DNA of 20,596 nt from Candidatus Iainarchaeum sp. (GTDB lineage: Archaea; Iainarchaeota; Iainarchaeia; Iainarchaeales; 0-14-0-20-34-12): assembly GCA_030649345.1 (NCBI GenBank), contig JAUSKK010000003.1:1-20596 (forward strand). Direction: 5' to 3'. The position numbers and the translations under genes were made by a program. Position 1 is the stretch's first letter. Each line of letters begins with the position of its first letter. Below are positions 15,301-20,596 of the stretch, piece by piece. The notes beneath the pieces were generated by a model, which did no database searches, was not told the DNA's origin, and was given only the letters and a program-made list of their open reading frames with translations.

Positions 15301-18225
15301 AGGTTCAATTCCTTTAATTTGTAATTGCAATTGTGTATCCGAATACGCCGGCAATACTTCTCCTAAAGGTGCAATTTTTTCAATGCTTAATTCTTTTTCA
15401 GACAAAACTCTTAATGCAATAATTTTTTCAAATACAATTTGATCATTTCCAAATAAAGTAATTTTTAAAGTTGTAGCTTTGGCTTTCACTGGTTTAAAAG
15501 AAAGCATTCCTTGAATTTGTTTATTGATGGTGAATTCACCCAATGCACTGGCAGTCACACTTTTTTTATCCGAAGAATTAATTCTGCTGTCTTGTCCATC
15601 TGCATTCACTAACTCTAAAGAACCTACTTCTAAAACTGATTGGTTTTGATTATTGATTTCTTCTACCAATAATCGCATGTTTTCATATTCTGTTCTGGAA
15701 ACATTTCTTAAATTAAATTTTAAATTATAGTTTGAAAAATTTCTTACATTATATCCTTGGGTTACTGGAAAAATTAAGTCTGCTCCAATCCCTGGAATAT
15801 ATCCTTTGAGTTGTTCTCCGCTCCAGCAAAAATTATTGGTTGTAGAATCACAAGCAGAATCTTCGCCTTCTTTGAATTGTGCAGTATATGTTTGAGCATA
15901 AGGTTCATTCACCAATTCAGCAGCACTCGGAGCTAAAGCTAAAACATTATCTAAAGGATCTCTTAAATACGAATTACTGGTATTGGCTCCCCATGCTCTA
16001 TAAAATAAATCTAAATTTTCCAATTCAGCTTCAGCATTTACATGAATTCCTATCCCTACACTGTATTCAATAGGTTCTACATCTATCCAGGAAATATTCA
16101 CCCATTTGGCATTGCTTAAAGTTTCAGTTTCTCCATCCCAGCCAGTATTTTGATTGTAGGTAGTGTATCTTTTTACAATTGGATTTCCGCCTGCATTAAT
16201 TTTGTCAAAAATAACATACAAAGCATCATTCTCAATTCTGTCTGTGTTTCCTACTCTAAAATGAATTCCTCCATTCCGCAAATCTTGTCCTGCTGGATAC
16301 GTTACTTTGAGTCTTGCTTCATAATTCTGTCCAGCCAATAATTGGGTTACACTTTCTTGTCCGAATTCATCAAAAATTCCTTCCAACACAATTTCAGGTC
16401 CTCTTTGATCTCCTTTTCCAAAAAACTGTGGTTTCATTACTCCAGTAACAGCATATTCTTCTTCTGCCCATAAATCAATCACTTGACTTTGCCAAGTCAT
16501 ATAATCTGGATGAGAAATTCGAACATAAATTTTAGTATCTGCTTTTACTTCAATTGAATCTTCGCCTGTAACCAAAGGTCTTTCTCCTTGCAATACACTT
16601 CTTCCATTCCAAGTAAACACTTCATATTTGGCTCGGCCATCATTAATGGTTAAATTGTCTTCAAATTTGACTGCTCGAATATTCAAACCAGCTGTTCCTA
16701 CCTGCATGGTCACCGTAAATTCATTAATAGTTTCCAATTTGATTTCTTTAGAATCTGCTGCAGTTCCTCCTTGAGATCTGCTTTTGACTGCAAAAGCAAA
16801 TACTTCTTCAGTTAAGCTTCCTAAAATAAATTCAACATTTCCATTGACATCAGTAACTTTTTGATTATCTACAGCACTTGCATCACTGACTTCAACTATA
16901 GCTCCATTGCTTTTTTTTCTAAACATGACTCGTGCATTTACAACTTTATCATTGGCTTCGTCTTGGACATGCACTTTAGTTTTTCCTGAATTTAAAGAAG
17001 TAATTTTATCCAAGCGTAAAGTTAAATCTGCGTTAGCATTGGTTGTACTTATTTCTGCGGGAAAATATCCTTCATTGACTCCCCCAATTTTTTTAGCACC
17101 AATCAAGTATTCTTTTTGATCTGTAATTGGAAATTCTACTTGAGTTTGAGTAGCAGTAATTGTTTTTTCGCTTAACACAGTTCCTTCTCTTGCATCCTTG
17201 AGTACAACTATGGCTCCAATCACATTGCTTTGATTGGCTTTATCTAAAACTCTTACTTTGATTCTGCCCAATAAATTTTTGCTAACCCTTAATTCTACTG
17301 GAGTTCTTTGCCCTGAATTAACTTGAATTCCTTCTACATTGCTTGAACCATATTTGTCGGTTGTATCTTCTACACTTACAGTATATCTTCCGGGTGCTAT
17401 TTCCATTCGCACAGTTCCATATTCGCCGGTAGTTTCTGAATAATTTTCTCCAGTTGTTTTCTGTGCTCTGACTGTAAAGCTTGTATCTGTAACTAAATTT
17501 CCAGAACCATCGAGTACACTTACATCGATAAATCCATTGGGTACTGTTCGTTCTTGTAAATTAATTATTTTTTCAGTTTCAGTTTCAGAAAAATTTGCAT
17601 TGCTTTCTTCAAAATCATCGCTGTTCACTTGAACACTTAAATTTCCGCAATTCAATGGAGTTTCAATTTCCATGACTCCATCTTGATCTTCATCACTGGC
17701 TCTGAATGGCGCAATCGTTGTATTGGAACACGAAAAAGTTGCTTGAATATTTTTTCCAGTAATGAGTCCTTGAGAATCCTGGAACAAAATGCTTTTGGTT
17801 CTGGTTTCTAAAAATTTTTCCAAAATTGCAATCGTTTGCGTTAAATCAGTTTCTCCGATTGCAAAATCTTGCTCAAATAGCTGAAATTGTTTTCCGTCTA
17901 ATTCCATTTCATTAATTTTAATTTTAATAATAGAATTGGCTTTGGCTGCCAATACAATTTTTCCAGCTGAATCTGTGTGTCCTTGTTTCCAGTCCCCAGC
18001 CAAAGAAGTATAACTGACTTCCACATTATTTAATGGATTTCCTGTGCTGGTGGTAACTGTAAAAATAGCTTTAACTTGTGCTCCAGTTTCTCCGCTTAAA
18101 TTGGCATTGGGTAATACAAAAAAGTAAACCAAGGCTGCTAAAACAATTAAGCCCAAGACTGCCAATGCTTTCTTGTTTTGAGTTAACTTAGAAAGACTAT
18201 CTGCCAGAGTTTCAGCAAATCCCAT
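11002..18225 (-). CDS. Giant (2407-aa) membrane-anchored, Cys- and sequon-rich surface protein; no characterised family recognised
   Basis: An uninterrupted 7.2-kb ORF in AT-rich DNA is very unlikely by chance. It has an N-terminal anchor (KKALAVLGLIVLAALVYFFVLP), tandem beta-sandwich repeats and many N-x-S/T sequons. An internal double hydrophobic segment spans aa ~1518-1569, and the C-terminal module is shared with the neighbouring paralog. Confidence 0.9.
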   Translation of the reverse strand: MGFAETLADSLSKLTQNKKALAVLGLIVLAALVYFFVLPNANLSGETGAQVKAIFTVTTSTGNPLNNVEVSYTSLAGDWKQGHTDSAGKIVLAAKANSIIKIKINEMELDGKQFQLFEQDFAIGETDLTQTIAILEKFLETRTKSILFQDSQGLITGKNIQATFSCSNTTIAPFRASDEDQDGVMEIETPLNCGNLSVQVNSDDFEESNANFSETETEKIINLQERTVPNGFIDVSVLDGSGNLVTDTSFTVRAQKTTGENYSETTGEYGTVRMEIAPGRYTVSVEDTTDKYGSSNVEGIQVNSGQRTPVELRVSKNLLGRIKVRVLDKANQSNVIGAIVVLKDAREGTVLSEKTITATQTQVEFPITDQKEYLIGAKKIGGVNEGYFPAEISTTNANADLTLRLDKITSLNSGKTKVHVQDEANDKVVNARVMFRKKSNGAIVEVSDASAVDNQKVTDVNGNVEFILGSLTEEVFAFAVKSRSQGGTAADSKEIKLETINEFTVTMQVGTAGLNIRAVKFEDNLTINDGRAKYEVFTWNGRSVLQGERPLVTGEDSIEVKADTKIYVRISHPDYMTWQSQVIDLWAEEEYAVTGVMKPQFFGKGDQRGPEIVLEGIFDEFGQESVTQLLAGQNYEARLKVTYPAGQDLRNGGIHFRVGNTDRIENDALYVIFDKINAGGNPIVKRYTTYNQNTGWDGETETLSNAKWVNISWIDVEPIEYSVGIGIHVNAEAELENLDLFYRAWGANTSNSYLRDPLDNVLALAPSAAELVNEPYAQTYTAQFKEGEDSACDSTTNNFCWSGEQLKGYIPGIGADLIFPVTQGYNVRNFSNYNLKFNLRNVSRTEYENMRLLVEEINNQNQSVLEVGSLELVNADGQDSRINSSDKKSVTASALGEFTINKQIQGMLSFKPVKAKATTLKITLFGNDQIVFEKIIALRVLSEKELSIEKIAPLGEVLPAYSDTQLQLQIKGIEPQTRGSSEQTREFNLDGVRVEVRTLLPGELNPTLISNGTQISGTNPNLTGQVLFTIPGLPPNAQVIVSAIKEGYVEGELVLNTDTNVVDFLPEEIQFMNLNTRTRTDESQTFSLHNRAGANIRIQNLRFGEIQRATPGIFDTGRMQALLETQSQDEALQIISVDGTQNFTALAALTRDAEMRMQESTETFTTQLTGLAFLDGVNNAYAFQIPVQGSVQFAGRPASGCIVLNGNKIPVWDIVTKDIEEVTEFKLTNNCTLNDVPVELDGLKVTLNWTEGPTAGGTATLTMTGPNSEGSIIPLRNGQTNTLLEKIRTDQDYSLQLGFRPNAEFIGQKVGFTITIKGFISNPETNAEQPLIGSTPENITVKAYIVNLEQCINIDTTNPEIASDTEEIRFKVSLVPDCAQARITLDFCKNDPGCSGGTSEGRIAIASPQNQRVTLFGTGASAESEVVVERRDLAGVYTIPIKAKSSIESGPGQEIKRLDVKVQPNSSEQITLSNYAFQIIGPQAQDTAILTNKNIFERVTIQTNKCVADHIDEENENWIGVGVGAGAGAAAFAVPILYLAATVATIPVAGWVAAGILATSALVITIIMWPDCEEEFVTMARIVPVTQIGSGNLDNSDLTEHTFTELSNSEWDIANIPVSLGRKEIDLKQDGAETGSALKITNTTGVSSVKDEFGILKLKYAERIYAGDLAHSPEAQGEYDLYCEEDENDEEAFADEITPQEFAAGKVSFSNGDCSGRITKEREVKYHIKLATKPKPAERPSFRDTETCMRGVIQGDTGTNASMPKVKFDWTWTGNTAIEANTCDASNENAVYCDATQFAIMVNKKMNALKTFLEQNETSLNCPANPITGAIADAAAGAQPNNLEIAVGNIGVKIVETQITETTAVITATVENKTTQAQTAQIQFSAITLQDRSRDQSAIVPITVPANGTLTSNTTFYNLSPGKVYAFGAGVKESTPGIANNRSASQIFQIEGESGIAEECILPYTTKEAAGVPIISVFAVNSSTVQWTNEIPDIQTLNKTVSFEALLMKDNPNTDFQSDFVETYGLDSVIDTPDWFKQSEDGLKEIFGDSTVFKFKGKYTDTSNIGVPGKYKVNLEIDFGNKEWKFFRNGASNVNINAVFDRIQNPVPDHPFYYLPFDGKVGLNSADGRQGYGVNYENEGQEIYVIAGTGDIETLKTTPINSSNPLVTFKVKQEESLQKMNNDIIENRGKVMEIERNEDGTQARIQFTPNNPHAILLKMNQTETSDDPYRANYQLMDSGNQIQNIGNVLTYWTGAGRCLDFTGISVSNVFNNTQDSRDPASNTYYQEWPQIDKTGNVFLKTVVYTPFNETYSFRTQGEGNNKPKVLNAGHTGFQDQPLSLANRTTQIGSISQVFELVQTGEMCMINDGTKILFYWDEKKVYDQARITALEQTMNTAPDNSEFKCIAE
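13519..13677 (-). other. Internal Gly/Ala-rich double hydrophobic segment (predicted TM hairpin) splitting the giant protein into ~1470-aa and ~840-aa parts
   Basis: aa ~1517-1569 read 'NWIGVGVGAGAGAAAFAVPILYLAATVATIPVAGWVAAGILATSALVITIIMW'. That is two ~22-aa hydrophobic stretches joined by a very short 'TIP' turn. Acidic residues flank both sides (DEENEN / PDCEEEF). Confidence 0.6.
16429..18078 (-). other. Tandem beta-sandwich repeats (carboxypeptidase-regulatory-like / Ig-like), about 5-6 copies (giant protein aa ~50-599)
   Basis: Recurrent ~90-aa units have the typical pattern 'v.V.d..g.pl.nA.V.......g...tTd..G...f.l..G.Y.v.v'. Examples are 'GFIDVSVLDGSGNLVTDTSFTVRAQ...GEYGTVRMEIAPGRYTVSVED', 'GRIKVRVLDKANQSNVIGAIVVLKD' and 'GKTKVHVQDEANDKVVNARVMF...TDVNGNVEF'. 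Confidence 0.6.
18109..18174 (-). other. N-terminal signal-anchor of the giant protein, fitting a loose class III (archaeal type IV pilin-like) signal-peptide pattern
   Basis: '...TQNKKA|LAVLGLIVLAALVYFFVLP': basic residues, then Ala, then a ~20-aa hydrophobic stretch. 'KALAVL' fits the pattern [KRDE][GA][ALIFQMVED][ILMVTAS]x3. Confidence 0.35.
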
Positions 18226-18248
18226 ATATAGTATATATTGTATTATTG

Positions 18249-18259
18249 TTTTTAAATTT
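18249..18259 (-). promoter_or_regulatory. TATA-like box (minus strand AAATTTAAAAA) upstream of the giant gene
   Basis: It lies about 24-34 nt upstream of the ATG at 18225, consistent with a leaderless or short-leader archaeal transcript. Confidence 0.4.
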
Positions 18260-18431
18260 GTGTTTTTACGTGAAAAAGTGAGTTTTTTTGGGTTATTGCT
18301 GTTTGTACCATTTTTCGTATTACTTGTGGTTTATGGCAAATATAAGCATTACTTAACTGTATTTTTCTTTACTTGAATGATTTGAAAAAGGTAATGAAAC
18401 ATAACAAATAAAAGGTTTTGACTTCATTATA

Positions 18432-18752
18432 TTGGATATGTCCAAGACTTCAAAACAAAGACTGACAGTCCAGACAATTCTTCAATTGCTTGAAAAAAAT
18501 AAATCCTCTTTTGCATCATTGGGTGTGGAAAAGCTTGGTTTGTTTGGTTCTGTTTTGCATAATCAGCAAAAGTCTGATAGTGATCTGGATTTTTTGGTTT
18601 CGTTTAATCATCCTACTTTTGACAATTATATGAACTTAAAGTTTTCTTTGGAGAAACTTTTTCATCGAAAAATAGATCTGGTTACTGAAAAAAGTCTTAA
18701 GCCATCGCTGAGTTATATTAAACAGGAAGTTCAATATGTCTCATTCACCTAA
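18432..18752 (+). CDS. mntA: Minimal nucleotidyltransferase (MNT), MntA-like antitoxin
   Basis: ~105-aa ORF. The tracked start is TTG 18432, and the ATG at 18438 is more likely. It has the hallmark '[21 protein letters not shown]' (GS-x9-11-DxD pol-beta-type NTase motif). It overlaps the downstream HEPN gene by 17 nt. Confidence 0.8.
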   Translation: MDMSKTSKQRLTVQTILQLLEKNKSSFASLGVEKLGLFGSVLHNQQKSDSDLDFLVSFNHPTFDNYMNLKFSLEKLFHRKIDLVTEKSLKPSLSYIKQEVQYVSFT

Positions 18753-19077
18753 GCTTTACTTACAAGATATTTTAGAGTCCATTTCTAAGATCGAGTCTTA
18801 TTCTAAAAATTTATCCAAAGAAAAGTTTGCAGACAATTCTTTGGTGAAAGATGCCGTTGTTCGAAATTTGGAAATTATTGGAGAAGCCGTTAAACAACTT
18901 CCAGTAGAACTAAAGGAAAAGCATTCTGAAATTGACTGGAAAAAGATTGCAGGCTTGCGAGATATTTTAATTCATGCTTATTTTGGAATTGATGTTGACA
19001 TTCTTTGGGATATTGTTCAAAACAAGCTTCCGGAATTAAAAAAAGCTGTTCAGGAAATGAAGGCTGATTTAAAATAA
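18736..19077 (+). CDS. hepT: HEPN-domain (DUF86/HepT-like) toxin
   Basis: 113-aa ORF with the R-x4-H-x-Y motif '[12 protein letters not shown]' in the expected C-terminal third. It is translationally coupled to the MNT gene. Confidence 0.8.
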   Translation: MSHSPKLYLQDILESISKIESYSKNLSKEKFADNSLVKDAVVRNLEIIGEAVKQLPVELKEKHSEIDWKKIAGLRDILIHAYFGIDVDILWDIVQNKLPELKKAVQEMKADLK

Positions 19078-19131
19078 TAATTTAGTTTACTGGAAAAAGT
19101 TAAAAAAAGAAGAAAAATTGAATTAGCTGAT

Positions 19132-20596
19132 TTAGTCTGTAATACACAATTCAGCCAAGTCTTCTCTGGAAACTGTAGCTAATTCTTGTACCAATGCTCT
19201 ATAACCTACTCCGCCGGTTAAAGTAGTTCCTTCGGTTCCAGTTATTCCTTCTGTTCCTGCCAATATGGCTGCTGGATTCCAGAAGAATCTTGCATTTGCA
19301 CTATTGCCGACTCCTTCTACACAAACTTGTCCTTCTTTAACCAATTGAATTACTTTTTGGATGGATTTAATTTGTTCAGATGGGAAGTCTCCGCCAATAG
19401 CTAATTGTTCTGTGACTTCTGTATTGCTTGCATTACTTCCTTGTTTAATAAATTGAGTTCCATCGTCTTGTGCGTCCACCAATCTTAATGTTCCGGCTGT
19501 TCCTTCTTGGGGTGTAAAGAATACTGTTCCTAAGTATAAGTCTCCTGCTTTTTTGATGTCACAGAATTCTAAACCATAATGGCTTGTGCTTAATCCTGCA
19601 CCTGAACATTTAGTGACTCCAACTCCAGCATGCAAGTCTGGACTGTCTCTGTAAGCTGTAGCTGAATCTCTTCCTGTAAAGTCTTTACATCTTAAAGCAA
19701 TGGAATTCCAGTAAGCAATATTTTCTCCAGTTAACTGCGGTTCTCCGTTTAAGGTTAAACTATAATATGCAAATGCTTTGTCTGATTTTCCGCCAGCAAT
19801 TTTTAATACTACTGGAGTTGCTTTGCTGGGACTAAATATTACATTGATTTGTTGTTGAGCTGGTCTTCGTTCTACATTCAATACTAAACCTCGGGTTGAT
19901 TGATCTGTATTTAATTTTTTGAAATCATTTTCTACACTGGTCAAAACCCATCCATTCGGAATTGGATTACTGTTGGCAATTGTGCTGGATAAAATAGTTT
20001 CAGCTAAATCACTAGGCTCATTGAATGTAATGCTTTCAATACTTTGTTCTCTGAAGTTTACTCCATATCCTTGTCTTCCATTGGGTGTATCTTTTCCTAA
20101 TAATCCATCGAATGGCATGTAATAAAATGGACTGTCTGGATCAGGTGCTTGCAGTCTTTCTAAGATTACTTCAATGACTGCTTTGCTGTCTGCTTCTGTT
20201 CCATTTAATCCTAAACTCCAAGGCTTGCTTTTATCGTACGTTACTTTGAGTGTAACTTTATATTTTCCTGCTCTAATTGGTGCATTGGGTGCCTCTAAGA
20301 ATGGACTGACAAATTTGAATTTGTTAGGGTTCGCAAAGTAATTGTTTAATAAATTTCTAAAGTCTGCTTGGCTTGGGAAATCAAAGAATGATTTGGTTAA
20401 AGCATAATCAATAAAGTCTGCTCTAAAGTCTTCACTGTAACCATCTTCCATTAAAAATGCATTAAAGCTGGTTAATTCTGTTGCTTTATTGAAAGCGTCT
20501 CTAGCTTGTCCATTTCCTTCATTGGCTTGCGCGAACTGGGTTAATCTTGTTGTAGTGTAAGGTTCACAGTCTGTGCTGGTAACTCCTGCATTTCCT
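19132..20596 (-). CDS. Second giant surface-protein paralog; only the C-terminal ~488 aa are in the window (5' end beyond the window edge)
   Basis: The frame stays open from the tracked Met (20451) to nt 20596. My translation of 20452-20595 is ...GNAGVTSTDCEPYTTTRLTQFAQANEGNGQARDAFNKATELTSFNAFL, followed by MEDGY... These extra residues still align with the 2407-aa protein, so the Met at 20451 is internal. Confidence 0.8.
   Translation of the reverse strand, partial: GNAGVTSTDCEPYTTTRLTQFAQANEGNGQARDAFNKATELTSFNAFLMEDGYSEDFRADFIDYALTKSFFDFPSQADFRNLLNNYFANPNKFKFVSPFLEAPNAPIRAGKYKVTLKVTYDKSKPWSLGLNGTEADSKAVIEVILERLQAPDPDSPFYYMPFDGLLGKDTPNGRQGYGVNFREQSIESITFNEPSDLAETILSSTIANSNPIPNGWVLTSVENDFKKLNTDQSTRGLVLNVERRPAQQQINVIFSPSKATPVVLKIAGGKSDKAFAYYSLTLNGEPQLTGENIAYWNSIALRCKDFTGRDSATAYRDSPDLHAGVGVTKCSGAGLSTSHYGLEFCDIKKAGDLYLGTVFFTPQEGTAGTLRLVDAQDDGTQFIKQGSNASNTEVTEQLAIGGDFPSEQIKSIQKVIQLVKEGQVCVEGVGNSANARFFWNPAAILAGTEGITGTEGTTLTGGVGYRALVQELATVSREDLAELCITD

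Noticed and set aside
11594-17119. About ten plus-strand ORFs of 63-141 aa inside the giant gene (e.g. 13298-13723, 14012-14350, 14384-14686)
   Set aside because: All are antisense to a continuous 7.2-kb ORF that has coherent domain structure and a paralog. Their sequences are low-complexity mirror translations (for example AAPAPAPTPTP opposite the Gly/Ala-rich TM segment). No independent start or promoter context supports them.
8858-20596. Integrated mobile element, provirus or conjugative island
   Set aside because: No integrase, transposase, capsid, terminase, relaxase or active VirB4-like ATPase motifs were seen. I also noticed no flanking direct repeats or tRNA target. The TA pair alone is insufficient evidence.

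Overview
AT-rich (about mid-30s % GC by eye, not computed), densely coding window that looks archaeal. It has an archaeal-type family-B DNA polymerase, a type-2 methionine aminopeptidase, and A/T-rich TATA-like boxes 25-40 nt upstream of start codons. The many orphan membrane and giant surface proteins suggest a small-genome, possibly DPANN-like archaeon; that taxon call is inference only. The left part (1-5.7 kb, minus strand) is mostly housekeeping: map, a small secreted protein, a secreted multi-domain DsbA-like oxidoreductase and polB. The middle (5.8-8.6 kb) holds a 505-aa protein that resembles a HerA/DUF87-type P-loop ATPase with ruined Walker motifs. It is flanked by two coiled-coil proteins and preceded by an odd tandem repeat that creates two abutting mini-ORFs. 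The right part (8.9-20.6 kb, minus strand) is the most interesting. A 5'-truncated giant gene (19132 to beyond 20596) and a complete 2407-aa giant gene (11002-18225) share a Cys-containing C-terminal module of about 450 aa with no family I recognise. The complete giant gene is followed in the same orientation by five small polytopic membrane proteins, at least three of them paralogs. The giant protein has an N-terminal anchor, tandem beta-sandwich repeats, many N-x-S/T sequons and an internal Gly/Ala-rich double hydrophobic segment. An MNT/HEPN (MntA/HepT-like) toxin-antitoxin pair on the opposite strand sits between the two giant paralogs. I propose this locus as a candidate uncharacterised cell-surface or cell-cell interaction apparatus. 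No rRNA, CRISPR array, transposase or integrase was seen, and no confident tRNA. All functional calls rest on motif reading by eye; no searches were run.
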